Source: Carpediemonas membranifera BICM
Taxonomy: Eukaryota > Protista > Fornicata
Reading direction: 5' to 3'
Assembly: GCA_019828565.1 (NCBI GenBank)
Contig: JAHDYR010000002.1
Coordinates: forward strand, 124,001-188,000
DNA: 64,000 nt
Position 1 is the stretch's first letter. Each line of letters starts with the position of its first letter. Shown in pieces: positions 1 to 12,189 of this stretch. A program made the translations under genes and the position numbers. The notes under the pieces were generated by a model, which saw only the letters and a program-made list of their open reading frames with translations, ran no database searches and was not told the origin of the DNA.

Positions 1-48
1 CGCGAGTCGGGCTGCTAGGATACTCTAGCGCAGTTGTCATTGAAAAGT

Positions 49-130
49 CGAGTGAGATGGGATTCGAACCCACGCTCCACTAGGGAAACAGATTAGCAGT
101 CTACCGCCTTAACCACTCGGCCACCCACTC
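49..130 (-). tRNA. tRNA-Ser(GCT)
   Basis: Minus strand folds as a cloverleaf: acceptor GAGTGGG/CTCACTC, D-arm GCCGAGTGGTTAAGGC, anticodon loop CT-GCT-AA, long variable arm, T-arm GTGGG-TTCGAAT-CCCAT, discriminator G, followed by a TTTT Pol III terminator (43-46). Confidence 0.93.
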
Positions 131-337
131 ATGCATATCATCGATATGTAAGCTATCACGCCTCGGGCGTGGCTCACGCCCTGACACTGCTGGGTCAGGG
201 TGTGTCAGAACAGGATTCCGGGGACACGAGAAAGATGGCCAAAATATTTAGAAAATCTCGAAAGATATGATTGTGGATACGGTCTTGATCCGTCCCGATC
301 GCGAGCAGATCGTATCCCTCCAGCAGAAACCGTGAGG

Positions 338-877
338 ATGGCCGAAGGCGACACGGATAACGCTGATCCGCCGCCTGTCACCATGGAGAGCCTTGCTGAG
401 CTCATACAACAGCAGCAGAACGTCATTACGGCACTCCGTTCGGAGGTTTCATCGGTTAAGGACAGTACACGGGACCCGAGACGCCCGTCTCGGATAGGAG
501 CCGTTGCTAAGGAGTACGACCACCTCCGCGAGACACTTGCCGACATCAGAGGTATCCTCAACAACCCGGAGATGACGCGCGTCAACCAGATCGAAGCCGC
601 GATCGAGGCGGTCTTCGAGCGCAGACTCGAGTTCCTACGGCTATATGACAGCCACTCCGACACCGCTGCGCGCTACTTCATGGCTATTTCGAGAGAAGAA
701 CGAGACGCGCAACGCTTCGTAGTGCTGGCCGCCAAGGCGGCCAAGGCCACCCCACCGCCTCCTCGACCCAAGCGGTTCCAGAGAGGCTTCGGCGGCTTCA
801 GCCGCAACTCTCCCCGCTTCAACAACAACAACCGTCGTGCCCCGGCAACCGACCTCGGACCGGGGCGGGCCCAGTAG
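338..877 (+). CDS. DIRS gag-like ORF1
   Basis: Coiled coil (LAELIQQQQNVITALRSEV), RRLEFLRLYD helix and basic tail; resembles the gag of the DIRS array at 32665/34006. First ATG at ~338 within ORF 200..877. Confidence 0.65.
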   Translation: MAEGDTDNADPPPVTMESLAELIQQQQNVITALRSEVSSVKDSTRDPRRPSRIGAVAKEYDHLRETLADIRGILNNPEMTRVNQIEAAIEAVFERRLEFLRLYDSHSDTAARYFMAISREERDAQRFVVLAAKAAKATPPPPRPKRFQRGFGGFSRNSPRFNNNNRRAPATDLGPGRAQ

Positions 878-906
878 AGGCCAGAGAAGGGTTAAGCCTG
901 AACCCG

Positions 907-3039
907 ATGACTATAAAAGGCTCGATATACTTCGAAGAGTTTGTTTGCAATGGAAAGAGAAGAAGCACAAGAAGATCAGCAAGACACCTCCACCCAGTGT
1001 ATACAGGGGCTGACGGGCTCGATGAGCCGTCGGTGGATGAGGTGGGAGGCCCTCGGGGCCAGCAGGGAGGTGGTGCAACTGTTACGAGAGGGAGTGAAGG
1101 TCACCCCGGCAGCACCGGCGCTAATGCGCACCTCCAGAAGGAGACAGACACGATGAAGGCTCTACTAGAGGAGCTACTGCAACAGAAAGCAATAGAGAAG
1201 GGCGAGGCGACGACAATATGCCCCCTGTTTACATTAGAGAAGAAGATCGCAGGCAGCTACCGTCTGATACACGACCTGAGACCGGTCAATGCATACCAAG
1301 AGGACCTAACATTCAGGCTGAAGGGCCTAGCAGAGATACAGCATGGCGTTCCGAGAAACTCGTGGGGAATAACATTGGACATGAAGTCCGGGTACTACCA
1401 GCTCCTAGTGGAGGAGAACTCACGACAGGAACTCGGATTCTCGTTCGAGGGAGAACAATACAGATGGAGAGGACTCCCTTTCGGCCTCTCAACGGCGCCA
1501 CGGCAGTTTCAGTCGGTTACGTCACAGATGGCGAAGATCTTGCGCTCACTTCTCGAAGGACTGATAATATACGTGTATCTGGACGATCTGCTCATAATCA
1601 GTCGCTCGAGAGTGTCGTTGAGCGCCCAGGTCCCACGGATCTTAGAGATCTTGGACTCACTTGGAGTCGTCCTATCGAGAGAGAAGTGCCACTTGACCCC
1701 GTCCCAGAGGGTAACTTACTTGGGCGTGATAGTCGACTTGCGCGAGATGACGATGTCGCTGCCAGAGGAGAAGAGGGCTCAGTACAGCAGTCTCATAGCC
1801 AACCTGCAACTCAAGAGACACACAAAGCGGGACCTTCAGACCCTTCACGGAAAGCTACTCTTCTGCCGGTTCGCACTAGGGACGCGGGCACTTGTCCGGC
1901 TCAGAGAGCTGCAGGTCAGGATCGCTGGCTGCGACGACCGAGTGCGGTACCCAAAGTCCAGCCTGCCCCAGGACCTACGAACGGACCTGCGGTGGTGGGC
2001 CAGACAGCTATCATCCGATCCGGCATGGTACTTCGGCCCAAGAGGCCAGGTACTTCGTATGGAGACCGACGCGTCGGACTATGCGTTCGGCGCGACGCTG
2101 TTTGTCGAAGACACGTCCCTCAACATCCAGGGCAGATTCTCAGAGGCACAATGCTCCAAGAGCATCAACGCGAAGGAGCTATGGGCAATGGAGGAAGGCC
2201 TGCGGAGATGGACGAGCGACATTCAGGAGAGGGACCTACTCCTAGCCGGGGACAACACATCAGCGCTTTCATGGGTCCTGAAGTCAAGCACCAGAGCCCC
2301 CCGACACATCAGAAGGACGATTGTGAAGCTTCACGACTACTTGTTCGAGATTGGCTGCAGGATAAGAACCAAGCACATTCCAGGGAGATACAACACGACT
2401 GCCGACGGGCTGTCCAGGTACCGGAAGCTGGACTGGAACTCACCCGCGGCGATGCTCCAGAGCGCGCTGGAACGATGGGGGTCAGTAGACCGATCACTCT
2501 TCTGCGCGGAGAGATTCCTGCCGGAGGACCACGACTTCCAGACGGACGCATTTACATGCAATTGGTCAGAGATGAGGTCATTGGCGGTCCCACCAGTCAG
2601 CCTACTGGACAAGGTCATCGCCAGGGCGGAGGAGATCGCCACGTCAGACGAGACGCACCCCGCACTGCAGCAGAGAGGCCTATTAGTCATCGCACCACAA
2701 CGCAGGACGAACTCCAACGCCAGACTGGCAGCCATAGCACAGGACTGGTTCGAGGCAGCGTTCCCGACCAGCTGGTGGGCCCACACGGAGATAGGGAGCC
2801 TCTTCACAGGCAAGCAGAGAGCGACGTTCATAGCCTACTGGATCCCGATCGCCACAGAGACCTCGTCCTCACAGCCGGGGGAGTCCTGCAACAGAGAGCG
2901 AGAGAACGTATCGCCAGCGGAAGACAGGAGGAGCACAGGTGGCGAAGAAGCCCCAGAGAGTTCGAGACAGGCCTCAGAGATCAGATACTCGGAGCAGCAC
3001 TCATCAGGGACCGGGAACGGAGCACCCGAGAGCGCATAG
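907..3039 (+). CDS. DIRS pol: reverse transcriptase, RNase H, Dam-like methyltransferase domain
   Basis: RLIHDLR, LDMKSGYYQ, LPFGLSTAP, YLDD; RNase H ETDAS, INAKEL, GDNT, HIPGRYNTTADGLSR; then SLFC...DAFTCNW...AVPP (DIRS MT-like). The true N-terminus (RWEALGASREVVQLLREG) lies in frame 941..1156, implying a frameshift at ~1110-1150. Confidence 0.88.
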   Translation: MTIKGSIYFEEFVCNGKRRSTRRSARHLHPVYTGADGLDEPSVDEVGGPRGQQGGGATVTRGSEGHPGSTGANAHLQKETDTMKALLEELLQQKAIEKGEATTICPLFTLEKKIAGSYRLIHDLRPVNAYQEDLTFRLKGLAEIQHGVPRNSWGITLDMKSGYYQLLVEENSRQELGFSFEGEQYRWRGLPFGLSTAPRQFQSVTSQMAKILRSLLEGLIIYVYLDDLLIISRSRVSLSAQVPRILEILDSLGVVLSREKCHLTPSQRVTYLGVIVDLREMTMSLPEEKRAQYSSLIANLQLKRHTKRDLQTLHGKLLFCRFALGTRALVRLRELQVRIAGCDDRVRYPKSSLPQDLRTDLRWWARQLSSDPAWYFGPRGQVLRMETDASDYAFGATLFVEDTSLNIQGRFSEAQCSKSINAKELWAMEEGLRRWTSDIQERDLLLAGDNTSALSWVLKSSTRAPRHIRRTIVKLHDYLFEIGCRIRTKHIPGRYNTTADGLSRYRKLDWNSPAAMLQSALERWGSVDRSLFCAERFLPEDHDFQTDAFTCNWSEMRSLAVPPVSLLDKVIARAEEIATSDETHPALQQRGLLVIAPQRRTNSNARLAAIAQDWFEAAFPTSWWAHTEIGSLFTGKQRATFIAYWIPIATETSSSQPGESCNRERENVSPAEDRRSTGGEEAPESSRQASEIRYSEQHSSGTGNGAPESA

Positions 3040-3114
3040 CCGTGGAGACGGCAAAGTACATCAGTTTTGCAGAACGTATGATGGAGGAAGAGGAGGAAGC
3101 TGGAGAGAACAGAG

Positions 3115-3996
3115 ACACGGCAGGTGTAGTCAGAGTAGTCCTTTGCCGGCTTCTCCTTCTTGATTGCCTTGTGGCCCTTGTTGGTTTCAGCCGACCGGTT
3201 ATCGGACGAGGGCTTCTTCGGGATCACAGACGAGTCGTGTCTGCGGTCATGGCGGGACGTGTAGGGTTGACGAGAGGGAGCGTCTTCGAAAGCGCTTAGT
3301 AGATCCCGCGACTCTTGGACTTCACGTGCTAGGGCTAGGACGGCGGGCATAGCCTTTTCCAGGGGCTGGTCCTCGATGAGCTCTTGGATGCGGTACATGG
3401 CCTTGGGGTTGCTCTTAAAGGCACGCGTATACGCCTCCTTGAGGTTGTCCTCGTTGAGGGACTTCCCATCGAACAGGGACAAGAGGAGAGTGAACTTCCG
3501 ATTGACGCGTGCGACCTGTACCGTGTCGAAGCTGTTGGCTCTTAGACGGAACAGCTGGAGGCGTGAGGTCTTGGTTCTGGGTTGCAGGGCTTGTCCGAGC
3601 CGCTTGAGAGTTCTCTGATCCTTCAGATCGCGGATGTTCTTCCTTGAGGCTACTAGGGGAGTGTGATCGTCGTCTTCGTCCTGCGTAGTGGATAGGATCG
3701 TGGCAATGAGGTCTTGTACCGAGCTATCAATCAAGTCTGAGATATCCCGATGGCCTCCATAAGCGCGATAGTCGCGGAAGGCCTCGGCGAAAGTGATGAG
3801 AGCCTCAACTGACGGAACCGTTAGTAGAGGAGGTGTAAGGCGTTTCTTATCGTTCATGGCTTGAATTTCTAGAAATGTAGTCCGTTAGGGACAAGAAAGC
3901 TTTACAAGGAAAAGAGACGACACCAAATGTGTCGACAGAAACCTCAAGACGATGTAAATAATACAACTATGTAAATATTGGGTAAGACCCACGACA
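3115..3996 (-). mobile_element. Ty3/gypsy 5' fragment: candidate 5' LTR (3876 to ~3965 or 3996), palindrome, gag (ATG 3857) truncated at the zinc knuckle
   Basis: Gag MNDKKRLTPP...DYRAYGG...DYSDYTC is homologous to the gag remnant at 14747; an AT-rich TGT...ACA segment starts at 3876 on the plus strand. Confidence 0.65.
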
Positions 3997-6900
3997 AAGC
4001 CCGCATTCCGCAGGGCCGAAGCCGTCTTTAACTCGGCTGTCGAGGACGTGACAGACACGGCCACCATGCTCCGCAACGACACGCTGCCGATAACGACCCT
4101 CAAATTCGCCACCCTCGTCGACCCACTCGACGACAAACCGGTGCGCGCGCAAGAGGATGTCGACACAGTCAACGAAGCCCTGCCCGAAACATCAGACGAG
4201 CAGAAGACGCCTACTCGCACGCTCCGCGAACGGCTCACCGACGAGGCCAAGATGGTGGTTCCCCACCTCTGCCTCGCGCTGATGCCGTCAACTGACAGAG
4301 GCGCTAGACTCGCCACTATGGCTAGCTCGAAGCTGCCTCCCTTATACGGCCCCGCGGCCCAACACCGACTCGCGCTTCTCTAGCTTGAGAAGCGCGAGCT
4401 CGCTCATCGAGGGTCTTAACCCAGACCTTGAGGCCGCGAACTTCTCCCGCCTCCCCGGGAGCACTATTCGCGACATCGTCTCTGGTTTCGCCTTAACAGG
4501 CTTCGCGAAGACGCTTTTCAAGGCACTTATCGAGACCAACGACGACGGCGCGCGGCAGTCACCTGCCGACTGCATCGAGGGCCTTCGTAACCTCGACGTG
4601 GACCACGAGGGCAACGTCGTTGTCCCGTGGCGAGCCTTCAAGACCGATCGCAAGCAGTCGGACACACAGTCCAAGCAAAAGGGCACGAAGCCTCCGCGTC
4701 GCGACAACCGGCATCCGCCCAGCGAGCAAACCAACGACTCGCCGGACACGGGGCTACCCGATCCCAAGACTGTCGACTCGGGCCCCGATCGCTACGTGCA
4801 ATTTAAGGACAAGAAGAAGTACGCCATCCCAGACCACTTCAACAGGTACTGCAACTTCCACGGATGGAACAGCAACCACACTACTGACGGATGCAGGCAA
4901 CTTAAGGCCAAAAAGGCCGCCGTCGAGGAGATTTCCACCAGTTCCGTCCCGATCACCACGCCCGTTAGCATCGACGGCCATGAGTGTAATGGCAAGCTCG
5001 ATACAGGCGCAGATGTTTGCACTATCTCTACAACTAAGGTCGAAGAGCTTCATCTCGCTAGAGAACCTTCGTCCCTTTCCATCACTTCTGCCGAGAACAA
5101 GAAGATCTCTACTGGATCCCTTGTGCAGGCCAGCATCACACTACCGAGCATCGATGGCAGACTTGTCACAACTCGGTGGCCAATCCACGTCATCTCAGGC
5201 AACAGCGAGCGAATCCTCATCGGGAAGGACCTGCTCAGCCACCTTGGGTACATCGCCAACGACAGACTCGTGATCATGCCGGCTAGCCCAATGGACGACC
5301 CTGATGAGCTCGAGCCTCATCCAATGATCGACGCAGAGGTCGAGGAAGCCTCAGCTGACGCTTACCTAGCTATCAACGTCCCATCGGACCACGGGGCCGC
5401 CTTCCAGGCTCGGGTTCGCGAGTCCATCGCGCGCCACCCTAACGTCTTTGACCCCGCGCTGCCCGAGGAAGGCAGCAAGCTGGAGCCTCACGTAATCACA
5501 CTAACCAGCGACGTACCGATCAAATGCAGGCCCCGCCCCCTGGTCGGCACGGCCGGCTCGGCGGCTCAAACCGAGATCGACAAAATGGTCTCCCAGGGAG
5601 TCATCCGAGAGAGCCGATCGAGCTATGCGAGCCCCCATACGATGGCGACGAAAAAGAATGGCGAAGCCCGCTTCTGCGTTGCCTACAATGGCCTCAATGA
5701 TATCACCGTACCCGACGCATTCCCGCTCCCGGACCTACGCGAGCTACCACACGAAGCCGCGGGCTGCGCATTCTTTGCATCGATGGACCTCCGTTCATCC
5801 TCTGGCAGCAGAGGCTTGACCCTGCCTCGGTCCCCCTCACCGCATTTGTCGTGCCCGGACACCAATACGAGTTCTTGCGCGTTCCCTTTGGTCTTACAAA
5901 CGCGCCCAGCAAGTTCCAGCGGGCAATGGACAAGCTCTTCGACGGTGTCAAGGGCGAGCGCACGTACATTGACGACATTTTCTTATTCGCCCACACCGCT
6001 GATGAGTTCATAGCCACTCTCGACGAAGTCTTACGCCGTCTTGACGACTGCGACCTCCGCCTCCGCGCCGATAAGTGCACAATCGGTGCCAAGGAAGTCG
6101 AGGTGTGCGGCTTCATCATCAACGAACAAGGCCGCTCCATCTCACCGTCACGCGTCGAAGCTATCCAGAAGCTCACGCCCCCGACAACAGTCACAGAACT
6201 CCGCCGGACGATGGGCAAGTTCAACCACTTAGCCAGCTATATTCCGTCCCTGGCTGCCGCAGCGGCAGAGTCTACTTCCACCGGAACCTGGTCTGGCTTC
6301 TGATGAAATCTGAAGAGGGCACTCGCAAAATGACGAGATGGCGCTTGATTCTGACTGAATACCCCTTCAAGATTCACCACATACCCGGAGCCTTCAACCT
6401 CGTCGCAGACGCGCTCTCCAGACCGTCCCAGATGCACGTCGACGAGACCTCCACGACTCTGCCACACCTCGACGCCATCGTCAGCTGCCACGCAGGCAAG
6501 TTTGCTCACGTCGCTGTCGACCAAACCGTCAAAAACCTCCGCGCCGCTGGCCACTCATGGGACTCCATGCGTGATGAGGTCGCGACTTACGTCGCCTCGT
6601 GCCCAGTCTGTCAGAAGCTCAAGGCACATAGGCACACACCAGCGCCCTGGCACTCTACACAACACACAGCGCCGTTCGAGGTGGTTCAAATCGATACAGT
6701 CGGACCCCTACCTGAATCTAACGGCTTTCAACACATCATCGTCTTCGTCGATGCATTCTCCAAGTATACGTACCTCGTACCCGTCAAGTCTACATCCGGC
6801 GCAGAAGCCGCGACCGCTATGCTCCACTTGTGGGCCCAGTTCGGCCTCCCCCAACTGATACAGACGGACCAGGGTACCCAGTTTCGGAACTCACTCGTCT

Positions 6901-7784
6901 CTGAACTCAACCGCCGGCTAACTCTGAACCACCGGTACAGTACCTCTTACCACCCCCAATCGAACGGGATCGTTGAGCGCACTAATGGTACAATAATGCG
7001 CCGCCTCCGGGCCCTTCTCATCGATGCCGGCTCAACCGATTGGGCCGACCTACTCCCACTCGTACAACACGCGATCAACAGGTCAACTCACGCCACAACT
7101 GGATTCTCACCGTTTGAGGTTCTCTTCGGCGCCACCATAAAACTTGCCGCCATCTCTGGGGCCCAGCTCGAGGCCGCAACCGAACTATTGTCGAAGACCT
7201 CGCGCGAGACCCGCAAGGTTGTCAAGGCGTTCCAAGCCGATGTGGCCGCCATCCAAGACCTCGCCCGCCAGAAAGTGGAAGCTTACGAGCGAGCCAAGTC
7301 CTCGTCCTCACCCGCGCCCGGGTCCCCTGGAAAGATCAGGAACTCGTGCTCGTCCGCTACCCAACCAAGAGCCCTTCCAAGATTCTCGCCCCGATCCGCG
7401 GCCCTGTTCGCATGCTGGGGGAAGGGAAGAGCCCCAATACCTATCGCCTTCAGGATCTGGTCACGAAGGCTGAGCTGCTCGTACACGCTGATCGCCTTGT
7501 GCCGTTCAAACGTGCCCATAACACGTCGCTCAAGGACCTCGAGACCCTCGTCGGGTTCGAGCAGAACGAGCAGCCTGTCGACTCTATCGTCGGTCATCGC
7601 GAGCGTAACGGCAAACTCGAGATGCTTAGCCACTGGCAAGGTCTCGAGGACTCGGAAGACTCCTTTATCCCGTACAACGCCTACTATGAACAACTCGCCG
7701 CACTCGACTCGTACCTCGAGGACAACCCTACCTTGCACCCCCTGTTCGCCCTGTACGGGCAGTTTGCAAATGCGAGACGAAGAG
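3997..7784 (+). mobile_element. Ty3/gypsy chromodomain LTR retrotransposon, degenerate (gag-PR-RT-[RNaseH mostly deleted]-IN-CHD)
   Basis: CNFHGWNSNHTTDGC knuckle, protease LDTGAD (4385..6013), RT VPFGL/YIDD (5851..6303), integrase CPVC, IDTVGP, TDQG, NGIVER (6075..7796), chromodomain VDSIVGH...HWQG (7346..7819). Several frameshifts and an internal deletion near 6270. Confidence 0.88.
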
Positions 7785-10020
7785 TGTTTACGATAGGGTT
7801 CAAACCACCAATATACTAAAATGGTGGAAACTAAATATATCATATCTGGCGATATTGCTGGCATGGTGATGCATGGTGGCAACAGTGCCTCCCTCTTATT
7901 TCCTTTTTGAACGTTTTGGAGCTTTTCTTGCAATTATACATTTGTGTAAATGCGGAGCGTACGTTTTGGGGCGTCCGAGGGTTGGAATCTGTAATGACGC
8001 TATGAAAGCTACATTAAGCGATACTTGATGCATTGTCTTCGAAAAACGTATTATTAGGGCTCAACAACGCTTCATTGGCGAGTTTCAGACAAGTTCTTCT
8101 TTGGCTGGTGGAAAATGGCGGGCGATGCTGCTAATCCTTGTCCTTTCATGCAAATAACAACATCAATGTCTTATAGAAGCTAGGTCTGTGTTGCTGCTGT
8201 GCTGTTAACGTTTAACTTCGTGTTCAAGCTCAGGATGCTGAGCGAAGTACTTATCGATGGCTTCAAGGGACCGAACGTCAGCCCACTGGAGCCACGAGGC
8301 TTCTTCAGGCTCAAAGCCCGCCCATTGTACCTCGAACTCATAGCCAGTTCTGGTCTTTCTGTGTGCTGAGACCTCTGAAACTATGTACTCGTCGCTGTCG
8401 GTGGCGGCTAGAGCCTTCAACTCCCTGAGCGTTAATTTGCCTTGCTCGAAGGGGTGGAATCTTGAAATGTGGACTCGTAGTGACTTGTGAGTGTTGAGAT
8501 CCTCTACGATGAGGGTGGCAGGGGTGTTGAACTCATTGCACTCGTACCCCGTGACTCGTAGGGGACCGCGGTAGCGTGCCACTGTCTTCGTTGGTCTGAA
8601 CGATGGGTAGCTCAGTAGGATAAACTCTGGTAGAGCTGGAGTGACGCGTCCAGTGGCCTGGGACAACATAGCTTGTACGCGTTCAGCTTGTTTCGACTTA
8701 GCGGTGGCTATGACGGCTTCGGCTGCTCGTCTTAGGTTGAGCGGGGTATCAGAAGCAGGGTTTCCCATCATGAGTTCGCGGCCAAACACGATTTCGTTGG
8801 GGGAGACGCCAAGTCATCACTTGGCGATGAATGCCTCGCTGAATTGAGGATGGCTTGAATGAAGGGGATGTGTTGCGACCAGCGATCGAGGTGCTTGATC
8901 TCTAATCTCCTGGCCATCATGTGGGCGTTGATTTCACGATTAACTCTCTCAACTATCCCATTGCTCTGGTGATGATATGGAGCAGTGAAGTGGAGATCAA
9001 TGGCGTGGCGGTTGCAAAACTCAGTAAATGTCTGGTTCTTGAATTGTGATCCGCTGTCAGTGATGATTTTCCTGGGGACTCCGTGGCGTAAAAACCAGTT
9101 GTTGACTACACACAAGGCTGCTTCTTCTGCCGTCGTTGACTTGATCGGGGTTATCTCAACATATCTTGAGAATAAGTCCACCATGACCAGGACGTGTTGG
9201 AACTCACCATCGACGGGGTAGGGGCCCATCGTGTCAATGCAGAGTGTGTCCATAGGGAATGGGGCCTGGAGGGTCAGGTCAAATGACGACATCGGTCTGG
9301 TCGGTACTGTCTTCTGGCAGACAGGGCAGTGTGATATGACATCTGCGACAGCTTGTCTCATGCTGGGCCATGCATGTCCGTTGGCGCGCAGCTGCTGTAC
9401 TGTTCTGTTCACGGAGAGGTGCAGGCCGCCGAGGGTGTGATGTTCCTTGATGATGGCCGCATGGGGGTTAACTTCGGCGTTCGTTAAGGCTGTGCACACA
9501 CGAGATAGGCCATCAGCGGCGCCATTTGCAACACCAGGCACATGGATCACGTCGTAGCTGAACTGTTCGAGGAGGAGGCTCCATCTGGCGACTTTGGCGT
9601 TAGCACTTTGGTGCATTCGAGTGAGATTGTGGTGGTCGGTGGCAATTGTGAAGTGTGCCCATCGGAGATAGCGTTCGGCTTTTGACAGACAATATACTAC
9701 CGCATACATCTCTTTCTCGATAGTTGGCCAGCGCTTTTGGGGGCCGGTGAGCGCCTTCGACAGATACATTAAAGGCTTGTCGTCCTGAAGTAGAACTCCT
9801 CCCACGCCATAGTCGGAGGCGTCAGTGATGAGTTTCAGCTTTGCTCTCGGGTTATAGTGTACAAGAGTTGGAGCTGACGTGAGGCGGGCTATAATGATAT
9901 CGAATGCCGACTGGGACTCGGGTGTCCACGAGAACTGCTTGTGTTTTGTGATCTCGTATAGTGGAGCTGATATGGTGGCGAAGTCGCTCCCGAGGTAGTC
10001 ATGGAAGAAGTTGACGAGAC
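7785..10020 (-). mobile_element. Ty3/gypsy 3' half (RT end, RNaseH, integrase, chromodomain, PPT, candidate 3' LTR 7785-7884)
   Basis: ITDASDYGVGG, IEKE, TDHHNL, HHCC, IDTMGP, TDSG, NGIVER (8768..9805); chromodomain YIVSEV...VQWAGF (8205..8789); minus-strand purine tract AAGAGGGAGGCAC directly before a 100-bp TGTT...AACA segment. Confidence 0.85.
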
Positions 10021-12189
10021 CAAGACAATGACACGGAGCGCCTGATTCAACTAACGAACCAGCTCAAGTCCATCACAAACGGATACAATGCCGTTAACGA
10101 CGAGATCCGCATAATGAACTCTCTTGCAGGTAGGCTTAACCTTGATATTGTGCGGATATCTCCTGTTACCTCGAAGATCAAGTCTCTCGCGTGTAATATC
10201 CAGAATATGGAGGAGATAGAATCACTTCTCCAATCTGACACCGCTTGGAGGAGATTTATCCGCAGTCACGTTCCCGCCAACATTCAGCACAGGGTAACGG
10301 CGAGAAGGTCTGATCAGGCCAATCAGGAATATGAGCTCGACCTCATCACCCATGTCGAAGCTCCTCTTGATGTTGTACGATCATATATTCAGGGCGACTC
10401 GGCCCATGCAGAGCACGTTGCAGGAAAGATCGTCGTCTTCTATGACTCAGAGCAGGACCGTGAGACTCACTATAGCATCATGAAAGAGCAAGGCCTCACC
10501 CCTCGGATGCAGACGAGTGCAAGATATACCCATGTATATCATGCATCATTTGATATCATGGAGTATTATCGCCAAGCGGTTGCATTCCCCGTATCGCTGG
10601 AGACGTCACGATCCGGGCGCAAGAGTGCAGCTCGGACATTTAGACGACAGAGTCATTCCGCTGAGACGGGGACGATCCCACTCGTGTTAGAGGTGTGGGT
10701 CGATGCGTGGAGAGGGCTGACAACCGCTGTTAAGATTCGTTTCCTCGACGACTCCCACAAAGTCTTTCCGTCTGGTGCGACTCCTCCTTTCCGGATTCTT
10801 GAATACAACGGCCCAGAAAGTCTCATCACTGAGCACTTTGCCTTCATTGAACAGTCCATCGAGAGCACACACCGCGAGGTGCTGGAAGTCAGGAACACGG
10901 GTCTCCTCTGCCGAGTAACGCGTGTCTTTATTATCGCTGACCATCCAGCCATGTCCAAGGTTTGCGGGGCACTCATTGGAGGCAATTACCCCTCGCCATT
11001 CAGTCCCGTTCATTCGAAGAACAAGGGCTGGAGTCCCTTTGGTCGCACCCCGCGCTGCACCTTGGCAGATATCCTGCTGGCGAAGCATAAGTCACAGTTC
11101 GACACTATTATGGACAGAGAGGCCAAATGGGGATCCTTCTATAACCATCAGAAGAAGTGCATCGCTCCCACTTTGTTTGAGACGTCGACTGCGTCGCTGC
11201 CCAGAGACTGCGTCTTCTTATTCCCTCCAATCATGCATGTCAGTCATGACTTTGTGTCGTTGATTCATGCCATGTGCCGCATGTTCAAGCCAGAGCCAAT
11301 TGACCCGGAGAGCGACCCTCGTCAAATTAAGGAGGTGAAGGCAAGGAACGCGATGCTAGCGAATCTGGCGTCGTTTGAGCCACCCAGCCGTACGACGGGC
11401 TGCAACGAGCAAGTCAAGGGGAGAAAGATGATAGCATCGATTGGACTTAAGCTGCATCGTGCGTTCCCGCCCCCCGTGCAGTCATTATTCATACTCGCTA
11501 CATACCTCCAGGAGCACTACTAACCCCACGAGGATGTAACTGAGAACATGGTCGTGTGGCATCGCTTGACAGCACTTCTCGTGCACCTCTTCTCTGTGAC
11601 CATGTGTCTTAGCACATCTAACACGGTTGCCCCAGACATTCCGATCCGTCAACCATCTGCGACTCCCGATACGGCGCCGTGTGTTGATACACTTCACGGA
11701 TTGGCGCGTATTGCCGCGCTGCCGGATATACAAGCGAAGACTCGGGCTTCCCTTGGTCGAGTCATCGAAGAGTGCTTTGAACGTGATTTCATTGGGAATC
11801 AGGAGAGTCGAGTGCGATTGCGTCAGAACCAGACGGTTCTTGAGAGCACTATTCTGAAGGAGCAGGTTGAGTTGCTGTTCAGATGCCTTCGTGGAGTGAT
11901 TTCCTACGGAAGACGCGAAACAGATGTCCCACCCCAGTCACCCCTGAAACATATGCGCATTCATAAGTGTTGTAAGGATGCCAATTGGTGGCTTCGTATC
12001 CGGAGTGTGCATTCTAAGACGCTGACAGCGACTGAGTGCCAAAAGCTGCACATGGTGTTTACGAAGGAAGTCAACGGCCTATGGCACACTGTATTGTCGA
12101 AAGCAGACTGTACCTTTGACTCAGACTGGCTGTATGTTCCCATTCACGAGCAGGGACACACTCTTGATGTTTGCATATGTAAGAGATAG
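10021..12189 (+). pseudogene. Divergent DDE transposase (CMC/Transib-like), copy 1; 5'-truncated, one in-frame TAA at 11521
   Basis: ORFs 10114..11523 and 11548..12189 are in the same frame and collinear with the transposase at 60417-62957: WVDAW, TPPFR, ADHPA, YPSPF, PPIMH, RTTGCNEQ, EECFERDF, HKCC, CIC. Confidence 0.72.

Larger units (their letters stand above)
150..3115 (+). mobile_element. DIRS-like tyrosine-recombinase retrotransposon, 3'-truncated
   Basis: Gag-like ORF, RT-RNaseH-methyltransferase-like ORF and an overlapping ORF ending in a YR N-terminal-like segment; cut off at ~3115 by an opposite-strand gypsy gag. Left boundary approximate. Confidence 0.8.
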
